This document shows positions 9,483 to 18,974 of a stretch of DNA of 64,000 bases, one piece after another. The stretch is taken from positions 37,484 through 101,483 of the forward strand of contig JANMLN010000020.1 in NCBI GenBank assembly GCA_031372565.1, written 5' to 3'. The translations under genes were made by a program, and so were the position numbers. The notes below the pieces were generated by a model that was given only the letters and a program-made list of their open reading frames with translations, made no database searches and was not told the DNA's origin. Source of the DNA: Gemmatimonadota bacterium. Lineage in GTDB: Bacteria; Gemmatimonadota; Gemmatimonadetes; Gemmatimonadales; Gemmatimonadaceae. Within the stretch, counting starts at the first letter, position 1. Every line of letters begins with the position of its first letter.

Positions 9483-10441
9483 GCGCTGCGCCCGAACTCC
9501 TCTACAATACGAGCTCGCCGACCGAGCGGCTGCGTGACGCGGTCGAGGACGGCCTGCGCACGCGCCCGCGCACACTCCCCGCGGCGCTGCTCTACGACGC
9601 CCGCGGTGCCCGGCTGTTCGAAGCGATCTGCGATCTGCCCGAGTACTACCCCACGCGCACCGAACACGCGATTCTCGCGCGCCACGCGGGCGACATCGCC
9701 GACCTCATCGGTCCGCAGGCCGTGATCATCGAGCTGGGGAGCGGCGCCGCCACCAAGGTGCGTCACCTGCTGCCCAAGCTGGTGCAGCCGGGAGGGTATG
9801 TGCCGGTCGACGTCTCGCGCGAGCAGCTGCTGGCGGTCGCCGCCGAGCGCGCGCTCGAGTTTCCGCATGTCCCAGTGCTCCCCGTGTGGGCCGACTTCGC
9901 GGACGAGCTGACGCTGCCGCTCATCACCGATGACGCGCGTCGCGTCGCCTTCTTCCCGGGCTCCACCATCGGGAACCTCGAGGCCGGCGACGCAGCGGCG
10001 TTCCTGCGTCGGGTACGCGAGATGGTCGGCGACGCGGGCGGCCTCGTGCTCGGCGTGGACCGGCGCAAGTCACCCCAGTTGCTGCACGCCGCTTACAACG
10101 ACGCGGCGGGCGTGACGGCGGAGTTCAACCTGAACGTGCTCTCGCACGTGAACCGGGAGTTTCGGGGCACGTTCAATCGCGGGGCGTTCCGGCATCGCGC
10201 GTTCTTCAACGGCGCCGAGAGCCGGATCGAGATGCACCTCGAGGCGGTATCGCCGCAGCATGTGCATGTCGCGGGGCTCTCGATCGACTTCGCTGCCGGA
10301 GAGAGCATTCGCACGGAGGTGTCGGTCAAGTACGACCGGTCGCGTCTCGATGTGCTCGCGGCCACTGGAGGATTCACGGTACACACGCTGTTCACCGACG
10401 AACGCGACTGGTTCTGGGTCGCGTGGCTCGTGCCTGTCTGA
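9479..10441 (+). CDS. egtD: L-histidine N-alpha-methyltransferase EgtD
   Basis: LYDARG.RLFE.IC.LPEYYPTRTE, ELGSG, FPGSTIGN, AYND..GVTAEFN, IRTEVS.KY; ATGA-coupled to egtB. Confidence 0.95.
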   Translation: MSAAPELLYNTSSPTERLRDAVEDGLRTRPRTLPAALLYDARGARLFEAICDLPEYYPTRTEHAILARHAGDIADLIGPQAVIIELGSGAATKVRHLLPKLVQPGGYVPVDVSREQLLAVAAERALEFPHVPVLPVWADFADELTLPLITDDARRVAFFPGSTIGNLEAGDAAAFLRRVREMVGDAGGLVLGVDRRKSPQLLHAAYNDAAGVTAEFNLNVLSHVNREFRGTFNRGAFRHRAFFNGAESRIEMHLEAVSPQHVHVAGLSIDFAAGESIRTEVSVKYDRSRLDVLAATGGFTVHTLFTDERDWFWVAWLVPV

Positions 10442-10478
10442 TTGTCATTCGACTTCACCATTCCCACTCATAGCTGAC

Positions 10479-10760
10479 ATGAAAGCCACCTGGAAAGGCA
10501 CCGTCATCGCACAGTCCGACGACACGGTCGTGGTCGAGGGGAATCACTACTTCCCGATCGACGCGTTGAACCGCGAGCATGTGGTCGAGAGCGCCCACAC
10601 CACGCGTTGTGGGTGGAAGGGAACGGCGAACTACTACACCGTGCGCGTGGGTGACGCCGAGAATCCGAACGCGGCGTGGTACTACGCCACGCCGATGAAG
10701 GGCGCGGAAGCGGTGGCTGGGCGCGTCGCGTTCTGGAAGGGCGTGGACGTCTCCCCGTGA
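10479..10760 (+). CDS. DUF427 family protein
   Basis: MKATWKGTVIAQSD..VVVEGNHYFP, CGWKG.ANYY, AAWYY motifs; start at ATG 10479. Confidence 0.9.
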   Translation: MKATWKGTVIAQSDDTVVVEGNHYFPIDALNREHVVESAHTTRCGWKGTANYYTVRVGDAENPNAAWYYATPMKGAEAVAGRVAFWKGVDVSP

Positions 10761-12169
10761 CCGGCGCGCCGGTGCTCGTCGACGCGGTGGTCATCGGCAC
10801 GGGGCAGGCCGGTCCGGGACTCGCGACGTCGCTCGCTGGCCTCGGCGAGACTGTCGTCATCTTCGAGGGAGACCGGATCGGCGGTAGTTGCGTGAACGTC
10901 GGTTGCACGCCGACCAAGACGCTGCGCAAGAGTGCGCGCATCGCGCATCTCGCGCGGCGGAGCGCCGACTTCGGTGTGCACACCGGTGAGGTGCGCGTGG
11001 ACTTCGGCGCCGTGATGACGCGCATGCATGCGGTGGTGGGCAAGAGCACCGCCGGGCTCACGGGGTGGTTGGGTCGCACGCCCAACCTCGCGCTCGTGCG
11101 CGACTGGGCGCGCCTCGATGGCCGCGCGGACGACCGGTTCGTGGTGCGTGCGGGTGCCGCCACCTATCACGCGCGCCACGTCTATCTGAACGTCGGCACG
11201 CGGCCTGCACTTCCTTCCATCCCGGGCCTCGCGGAGGCCAAGCCGCTCACCAACGAGACGCTGCTCGACCTCACCGAACTGCCGGCGCATCTGGTGGTCA
11301 TCGGCGGCAGCTACATCGGCCTCGAGTTCGCGCAGCTCTTCCGTCGGCTCGGCAGCGCGGTGACCGTGCTCGAAGCCGCGCCTGCGGTCGCCGCACGCGA
11401 GGATGCCGATGTGTCGGCGCGCATCGCGACGATTCTGTCGGATGAGGGAGTGGCCGTGCACGCGGGGGTACGCATCGTGTCGGTGGCGCGCACTGGGGAG
11501 GGGGTCACCGTCTCGCTGGTGCCTGCCGGCGCGAGCGAGCCGGTTGTGGTGACCGGCACGCACCTGCTCGTTGCGACCGGGCGCGTTCCGAGCACCAAGG
11601 GGCTCGGGCTCGAGACCGTGGGAGTGGCCATGGACGCTCAGGGCTACGTCCCTGTGAATGGCGCACTCGAGACAAGCGTGCCAGGCATCTTTGCGCTCGG
11701 CGACGTCAACCGTCGCGGCGCCTTCACGCACACGTCGTACCAGGACTACGAGATCGTGCTGGCCAATCACACTGGCGGCGATCGCACCGTCGAGGGACGG
11801 GTCAGCACCTACGCGATGTACACCGACCCGCCGCTCGGCCGCGTCGGCATGAACGAAACTGACGCGCGCGCAGCGATGTTAAGCGGACGGCGCTTCCTGC
11901 AGGCGACATTCGAGATGGCGAACGTGTCGCGGGCGAAGGAAGAAGGGGAGACGCTCGGCATGATCAAGGTGCTCGTCGACGCCGAGACGCACCGGTTCGT
12001 CGGGATCACGATGCTCGGGATCGGCGCCGATGAGATCGTGCAGGTAATCGGTGCGCAGATGGCGGCGGATGCGCCGTACGAGGTGCTGCGCGACGCGCTG
12101 CCCGTACATCCGACGGTGACGGAGTTCTTTCCGACGATCTTGAAGAAGCTCGCGCCGCTCGGCGGCTGA
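10757..12169 (+). CDS. Pyridine nucleotide-disulfide oxidoreductase, MerA/RclA-like
   Basis: GTGQAG, GGSCVNVGCTPTK redox disulfide, GGSYIGLE, HPT..E; no C-terminal Cys pair; GTGA overlap with DUF427. Confidence 0.88.
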   Translation: MTGAPVLVDAVVIGTGQAGPGLATSLAGLGETVVIFEGDRIGGSCVNVGCTPTKTLRKSARIAHLARRSADFGVHTGEVRVDFGAVMTRMHAVVGKSTAGLTGWLGRTPNLALVRDWARLDGRADDRFVVRAGAATYHARHVYLNVGTRPALPSIPGLAEAKPLTNETLLDLTELPAHLVVIGGSYIGLEFAQLFRRLGSAVTVLEAAPAVAAREDADVSARIATILSDEGVAVHAGVRIVSVARTGEGVTVSLVPAGASEPVVVTGTHLLVATGRVPSTKGLGLETVGVAMDAQGYVPVNGALETSVPGIFALGDVNRRGAFTHTSYQDYEIVLANHTGGDRTVEGRVSTYAMYTDPPLGRVGMNETDARAAMLSGRRFLQATFEMANVSRAKEEGETLGMIKVLVDAETHRFVGITMLGIGADEIVQVIGAQMAADAPYEVLRDALPVHPTVTEFFPTILKKLAPLGG

Positions 12170-12220
12170 GCGGCGGCGGACGGGGAGGTGCGAGTGAGCT
12201 GATTGGTCCGCATCAGTGGA

Positions 12221-12646
12221 TCAGAGGTCGCCTCGCCCGAGCACGATGCCCTTGTTGGCGTTTGCGCGCATGAACGCCTGATACGCTCGGAAGCCGCCGA
12301 GCTCGGCGATATCCACAAGCTTGTCGCCCGGGGTGATGCGATCGGGTACAAGGAGCATCGCGTTCACGCGCTCACCGTCCTCCAACTCGATCTCGCTCAG
12401 TGCCAACTCGCGCGGTTCGCCTGGCAGCAGTTGATCACGCAGCACGTGCTCGGGCATGTCGTAGAGTTCGCCGACGATCATGCGGCCACCGTGGTCCACG
12501 GGAAAGAGGCCGGGGAATTCGTCGCGCAGGACGAAGAACCGGTACTTGGCGGCGGTACGTGCCGGGCCGAGGAAGGCCGAGCCTGCGAGGCAGCCGTGGT
12601 CCTTCTGGCCGGACATGGCGGTGCCGTTGAGGAACATCTTGGGCAT
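12221..12646 (-). CDS. Gamma-glutamylcyclotransferase-like / allophanate-hydrolase C-terminal-like protein
   Basis: MFLNGTAMSG, FLG.ARTA..YR, IVGELYD, EP..L motifs. Confidence 0.75.
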   Translation of the reverse strand: MPKMFLNGTAMSGQKDHGCLAGSAFLGPARTAAKYRFFVLRDEFPGLFPVDHGGRMIVGELYDMPEHVLRDQLLPGEPRELALSEIELEDGERVNAMLLVPDRITPGDKLVDIAELGGFRAYQAFMRANANKGIVLGRGDL

Positions 12647-13051
12647 TCTGGCAGGCCTCCAATTGGAGCGGGGCGGTCTGTAGACGAACACGAGGTACTC
12701 GGATGCTCTCCCGAGCCCGCATTGAACTCGTGCATCGAGAACCGGATCCCGCTGAACCCGAACTCCGCGAGCGTCGCCAAGAACTGCCGCCGATCATCGC
12801 CTGACGTGCGCATGACAGTACCGTCGCCGAGGGAGGTCGCCGAATGCACGACGGGACGCGACTCCGTGAAGCTGCAGAGGTACGGTGACGGCCGCAACCG
12901 ATGGCGCCGAAGCGTCCCGCGAGTGAATGTCAGAAACTTTGCAACATCAGGCGTTGTTCTACTCACGAGGGAAGCGGGCGGCGTGCTCACCATGGTGCAC
13001 CGTAGGCCCCGCGAGTCATCACGAAGCGTGCGGACCTTCTCACAGTCACAG

Positions 13052-15511
13052 ATGGAGCCCTCCGCCGATCATTCCGTAGCCTCACCTCCTGAGCGCGCCG
13101 TGCACATCCGATCATCACTCCTCCCGGCACATCTCGCCGAGCGCATCCACGCACCACCCGCGAACGACGAGGTGCCGCCATCCGGGCAGTACGTCCTCTA
13201 CTGGGCCCGCACCGCCGTGCGGGCGCACGAGAATCCTGCCCTCGACACCGCGATCGGGCTCGGCGCCGCACTCGGCGTGCCCGTGTTCGTGTACCACGCG
13301 CTCTCGGAGCGATACCCGTACGCGAGTGACCGACACCACGTCTTCATCCTCGAAGGCGCACGCGACTTCGCCGCCGAGCTGGCAGCGCGCGGGGTCGGCA
13401 CGGCATTTCATCTGGAGCGTGAAGGCCATCGCGGACCACACCTGATCACGCTCGCACAGCGGGCCTGCGTGGTCGTCACCGAGCTGATGCCGGTAGCCCC
13501 GTTGGCGGCGTGGACGGACCGCGTGCGCTCATCAATCTCCGCGCCGCTCTGGCAGGTCGACACGGCATGTGTCGTGCCCATGACGCTGACAACAAAGGCG
13601 TACGAGCGCGCTTTCGTGTATCGTCAGGCGACCACTGCGTTGCGCGCCGAGCGGGTGCGCCGAGCGTGGCCGGAGCTCACGCCAGTCGGTGCGCCCTTCG
13701 TGCCGGATCTGCCGTTCACTCCCATCGATCTTGCCAACGCCGATATTGCCGCACTGGTCAGCGCGTGCGACATCGATCACGCAGTGGGACCCGTGTCGGA
13801 CACGCGTGGGGGCGCGCGCGCCGGCTACGCGCGCTGGGCCACTTTCGTGGACTCGGGCCGACTCGATCGGTATGACCGTACGCGCAATGACCCCACCAAC
13901 GGCGCTGGCGTCAGTCGCATGTCGGCATACCTGCACTACGGCATGGTCTCGCCGTTCAGGCTTGCACTTGAGGCCGCGGCGCGCTCGTCCGAGGGCGCGG
14001 CGAAGTGGCTCGATGAGCTCCTGGTCTGGCGGGAGCTGGCCTACACCTTCTGCTTCCATCGGCCCGATCACGGCACCATCGACGCCATTCCCGACTGGGC
14101 GCGCGCCACGCTGCAGCGACACGAAGGGGACGCGCGGACACTCTACGCCTGGGAGCAGCTCGCGCGCGGTCAGACGTCGGACCCGTTCTGGAATGCGATG
14201 CAACGGTCGCTGCTCGCGCACGGCGAGCTGCACAACAACGTGCGGATGACATGGGGCAAGGCGTTCAGCGGCTGGACGCCCAATGCCGCGCGCGCCCTGT
14301 CACGCTCCATCGATCTCAATCATCGCTACGCCCTGGATGGACGCGATCCCGGATCGTACGGTGGGCTGCTCTGGTGTCTCGGACAGTTCGATCGCGCCTT
14401 CACACCACCAACGCCTGTCCTTGGCACGGTCCGCGGTCGCCCGACGCAGGAGCAGGCCGCGCGCATCAATGTCGAGAAGTACACGGGTCATGTACAGCGC
14501 GCGGCGTATCGCACTCCTCGCAGGGTGGCGGTGGTCGGCGCAGGACTCTCTGGCCTGATGTGCGCTCGCACACTGACGGATCACAACATCGACGTGACCG
14601 TGTTCGAGAAGTCGCGGGGGTTCGGCGGTCGCTGTGCCACCAGGCGCGACGGACCGTGGCGCTTCGACCATGGGGCGCAGTACTTCACGTCACGCGATCG
14701 CCGCCTCGCGCCGTTGATTGCCAGCTGGCAGCAGCAACAGGTCATCGCCGAGTGGACGGGCGTGTTGGCAACGCATCAAGACGGCCGGTGGCAGCCGGCC
14801 AAGACCGGAGTGCGACGCTGGGTCGGCACGCCGGGCATGAGCGCGATCGGCGCCCACCTCGCGCATGATCTCGATGTGCGGCTCGAGACCCCCGTATCGT
14901 TGCTGCAGCACGAGGGCAAGCAGTGGCGGCTCCTCTCGGACTCGGGCGCCGAACTCGGCGTGTTTGATGCCGTGCTCACCTGCGTGCCTGCGCCGCAAGC
15001 GACCGCGTTGCTGGCAGAGGTGGCCCCTGGACTGGCCGGTCAGGCGGCGCGTGCGATCATGCACGCCACCATGGCCACCATGCTGGTCCTGCCCGAGCGT
15101 CCCGGGTTTGCGTTCGACGGGGCCTTTCTCAACGACGATCCCGTGCTTGGTTGGATCAGTCGTGATGCGAGCAAGCCAGGTCGCGCCGCCGATGAAGCGT
15201 GGGTGCTCCACGGGACTCGCGCGTGGAGCGCGGCGCACCTGGAAACGGACACGGAACAGATTGCGCACCTGATGACCGATGCCTTTCAGCGTGTCATCGG
15301 CACGTCCATCGTGCCCGTCCGCAGTGTCGCCCATCGTTGGAAGTACGCGCTCCCTGATCCTGTCGCCCCCGACGCCGCCCTGTTCGATGCTGGAATCGGA
15401 CTCGGCGCGGCTGGCGACTGGTGCGGTGGGCCGCGCCTGGAGGGTGCGCTGCTCAGTGGAGTGGCGCTGGCCGGTCGCGTGCTGACCTACGCGCAGGCCA
15501 CAACTGTATAG
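13052..15511 (+). CDS. Class II-like DNA photolyase fused to a renalase-like FAD-dependent oxidoreductase
   Basis: YVLYW..AVRAHENPALD, SRMSAYLHYG, WRELAY, HNNVRMTWGK, YALDGRDP; then GAGLSG, EKSRG.GGR.ATRR, FDHGAQYF, GDWC.GPRLEGA. Start uncertain (13052 or GTG near 13099). Confidence 0.85.
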   Translation: MEPSADHSVASPPERAVHIRSSLLPAHLAERIHAPPANDEVPPSGQYVLYWARTAVRAHENPALDTAIGLGAALGVPVFVYHALSERYPYASDRHHVFILEGARDFAAELAARGVGTAFHLEREGHRGPHLITLAQRACVVVTELMPVAPLAAWTDRVRSSISAPLWQVDTACVVPMTLTTKAYERAFVYRQATTALRAERVRRAWPELTPVGAPFVPDLPFTPIDLANADIAALVSACDIDHAVGPVSDTRGGARAGYARWATFVDSGRLDRYDRTRNDPTNGAGVSRMSAYLHYGMVSPFRLALEAAARSSEGAAKWLDELLVWRELAYTFCFHRPDHGTIDAIPDWARATLQRHEGDARTLYAWEQLARGQTSDPFWNAMQRSLLAHGELHNNVRMTWGKAFSGWTPNAARALSRSIDLNHRYALDGRDPGSYGGLLWCLGQFDRAFTPPTPVLGTVRGRPTQEQAARINVEKYTGHVQRAAYRTPRRVAVVGAGLSGLMCARTLTDHNIDVTVFEKSRGFGGRCATRRDGPWRFDHGAQYFTSRDRRLAPLIASWQQQQVIAEWTGVLATHQDGRWQPAKTGVRRWVGTPGMSAIGAHLAHDLDVRLETPVSLLQHEGKQWRLLSDSGAELGVFDAVLTCVPAPQATALLAEVAPGLAGQAARAIMHATMATMLVLPERPGFAFDGAFLNDDPVLGWISRDASKPGRAADEAWVLHGTRAWSAAHLETDTEQIAHLMTDAFQRVIGTSIVPVRSVAHRWKYALPDPVAPDAALFDAGIGLGAAGDWCGGPRLEGALLSGVALAGRVLTYAQATTV

Positions 15512-15624
15512 CGTCGCGGCCACCACGCTCATGCCCGGGTCTCACGCGAGTGCGGTTCTCAGCGTCTGAACGGATGTAGTGACCCGCTTCCGTCGCGTCA
15601 TGGACGTCAGATCCTCACGCCACC

Positions 15625-16258
<634 letters not shown>

Positions 16259-16272
<14 letters not shown>

Positions 16273-17860
16273 TGGACGTGCTCCTCTGGCGGTAGCTTTG
16301 CAGCTTGTTGTAGAAGTGCTTGAACTCGATGTCGATCTGCCGGTGGCGCGCCCCCTCCTCGAAATCCGTGAGGACATCGTACACGTCGCTGTCGATGAAG
16401 ATGGCCTTGCTGCCATCCACGATCAGACTCGATCCTGCCGGGAGTGATGCGAGCTTCAGCTTCAACTCGGTCTTGTTGACGAACGAGGCATCCTTGTTGA
16501 GTCGCAGCAGGTACATCGAGTCCTGGTTCACCAGCGTGAACGCGGAGTGGTGATTGGTGCGGATCACGAACCCGATGCCGATGACGATGCCGATCAGGAC
16601 GCCCGTCAGCAGGTCCGTGAAGACGATCGCGACGATCGTCAGGATGAACGGGACAAACTGATCGAGGCCGGAGCGCCAGACCGCACCATAGAGCCCCGGC
16701 TTCGTGAGCTTGTACCCGACCATGATCAGCACCGCCGCGAGGCAGGCGAGCGGAATCCGGTTGAGCAGGCCCGGGATCAACAGCACACACGTCAGCAGCA
16801 GTGCGCCGTGGATGAACGACGACCAGCGGGTCTTCGCGCCCGCGTAGACGTTGGCCGAGCTCCGCACGATCACGGCCGTCACCGGCAGGCCGCCGAACAG
16901 TCCGGCCATCACGTTCCCGACGCCCTGCGCGATCAGTTCGCGGTCCGGGTTCGAGATGCGACGCTCCGGATCGATCTTGTCGGATGCTTCGAGTGACAGC
17001 AGCGACTCGATGCTTGCCACGATCGCGAGGGTCAGCCCCGTCAAGTAGATCCGGCGGTCCGTCCAGCGCGACCAATCGGGCGCCGTGATCTGCGCGAGGA
17101 AGTCACGGGCGCCACCCGCAGGCAGCGTCACGAGATGGCCATCCTCTGCGCGCAGGACGAAGTCGGTGAACAGGCCGCGGAACAGCTCGTTCAGCGCCAC
17201 ACCGACGATCACCACGATCAGCGCACCGGGCACCATCGCGAGCGTCCGGCGGCTCTTCACCCAGCGGCTCTCCCAGAGCATCAGGATCGCCAATGACACG
17301 ACCGTGATCACGATCGCCTCGCCGTTGGCCGACAGCACCGCGTCCGAGATGTCGGACAACGTGGTCGACGCGCCATCCGCACTGCGGAAGAAGTCGAAAT
17401 CGCCCTCGTAGCCGCGGTCACGACCCAGCGCGTGCGGGATCTGCTTCAGGATGATGACGATGCCGATGGCGGCCAGCATGCCCTTGATCACCGCATTGGG
17501 CACGTAGTTCGCCACGCGACCAGCACGCAGGAACCCGAAGGCGAGCTGCAACACACCGGCCACGAGCACGGCAAGCAGGAAGGCCTGGAACGAACCGAGG
17601 GTCTGGATGGCCGTGGCGACAATCGCGGCGAGGCCGGCGGCCGGCCCACTGACGCTGATCGCGGACGACGACAGCAGGGAGACAACGAGACCACCGATGA
17701 TGCCGGCAATCACGCCCGAGAACAGCGGCGCACCCGACGCCAAGGCGATGCCGAGGCAGAGCGGCAGCGCGACGAGGAACACGACGAGGCCCGCTGACGC
17801 GTCGGCGCGGAGGGGATGCGGAGCCTCGGTCGTCACGGTTGCGCTGCGCTCGATGGGCAT
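16259..17860 (-). CDS. SulP family anion (bicarbonate/sulfate) permease
   Basis: [33 protein letters not shown]-terminal STAS-like tail; overlaps the can start. Confidence 0.93.
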
Positions 17861-18226
17861 GAGAGAAGTGGGGGCCTGTCAGCACGCTGGGGTGGCGATC
17901 CGCGATGAGCGCCCACGCCAAGGGTCACGGTCTCGAGCGAGCGCATGGAGAGAATAGTAGCGTATCGGCACGCGCACCAACGCGCGAACCGAGTCCCGTG
18001 ACGAGGCAGATCGCCCGTCCGGTCGGGTGCCGGTGGCTTCCCGTGCGCGGTCGCAATGCCCGGCTGTCCGACACGCACACTCGGGGCTGTTCGAGCCTCC
18101 CGAGGACATCCTCCCCCTGCAGACGTCACATGTTTCTTCTTGCGCGGCGCACCGTGCGACCTCAATGTCAACGTGTCGCCAGTCGCACGATGTACGCTCG
18201 AGTTTGTGACCACTGAGCTGACCGCC

Positions 18227-18940
18227 ATGCGCCCGACTCACCCGTTCGTCGCCACGCTCGGCCTGTTGGCGCTCATCGGTACTTCGGGTTGCGCAGATAG
18301 TGCCGCGCCCGGCCAGCCGCCGGCCGGCGCCACGCAGGGTGTCCGCGTCGTCAACGCGTACACCCAGCCCGTTGACGTGCTGGTGGATGGCGCGCTCGTC
18401 GCCTCGAACGTCGCACCGGCGCGCATCGACAGCCTGCCGCAGACCGCTGGCGCGCATACGGTCGCACTCCGCACCTCCGGCACCACCACCATCGTCTCCG
18501 TGCCGGTCCGGACGGTGACCGGCGCGCTGAGCACCATCATCGCGCTCCGCGTCGGCGCCGGGCTCGCCATCAGCACCTTCGATGATACCAACGCCGTCGT
18601 TCCAGCGGGGGCGACCAAGGTGCGCGTGCTGCACCTGGCGCCGAACGCTGGCGAGATCGAAGTGGCCCGCACGCAGCCCGATTGGCTCGCACCACCGCTG
18701 GTTGGATGGAAGATACCGTTCTACTATGACACGCTCATCACGGATCCACTCGCCAACCCCTACTACCAGAGCACGACGGGGACGTGGGATGTGCGCGCGT
18801 GGCGCAAGCCGTCGGAGAACGCCCTTGGGTGGAACGGTGCCACGGCCCGCGTGACCTTCACTCTGGCCAGCGGGGAGAAGCGCACCGTGTTGGTGCTGGA
18901 CGGGGTCGGTGGTGGCATTCGGCTGGAAGTCATCAAGTAG
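18227..18940 (+). CDS. DUF4397-like lipoprotein
   Basis: Lipobox TSGC; VRVVNA and VRVLHLAP..G repeats. Confidence 0.75.
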   Translation: MRPTHPFVATLGLLALIGTSGCADSAAPGQPPAGATQGVRVVNAYTQPVDVLVDGALVASNVAPARIDSLPQTAGAHTVALRTSGTTTIVSVPVRTVTGALSTIIALRVGAGLAISTFDDTNAVVPAGATKVRVLHLAPNAGEIEVARTQPDWLAPPLVGWKIPFYYDTLITDPLANPYYQSTTGTWDVRAWRKPSENALGWNGATARVTFTLASGEKRTVLVLDGVGGGIRLEVIK

Positions 18941-18974
18941 GGGTTGGCACGTTGCAGGCCAGCTCGATGCGGGC

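Noticed and set aside
8205..10441. Selenoneine (senABC) cluster
   Set aside because: No senB glycosyltransferase or senC/selD adjacent.
10757..12169. True mercuric reductase MerA
   Set aside because: No N-terminal HMA domain, no C-terminal Cys pair and no mer operon.
12928..12950. TGTCAG upstream of the photolyase (also near 17877 and 41453) as further PafBC sites
   Set aside because: No TANNNT follows at the required 10-nt spacing.
12660..12993. Possible degraded gene fragment on the minus strand (LAEFGFSGIRF / EYLVFVYRP in different frames)
   Set aside because: Protein-like but not assignable to a family; too weak to call a pseudogene.
12203..13051. N-terminal 283 aa of the 1102-aa ORF
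   Set aside because: Antisense to the GGCT-like gene and lacks motifs; photolyase homology starts after about 13052.
17960..18226. Hairpins in the sulP/DUF4397 intergenic region as a riboswitch
   Set aside because: No conserved motif of a known riboswitch recognised; would need an Rfam/Infernal scan.
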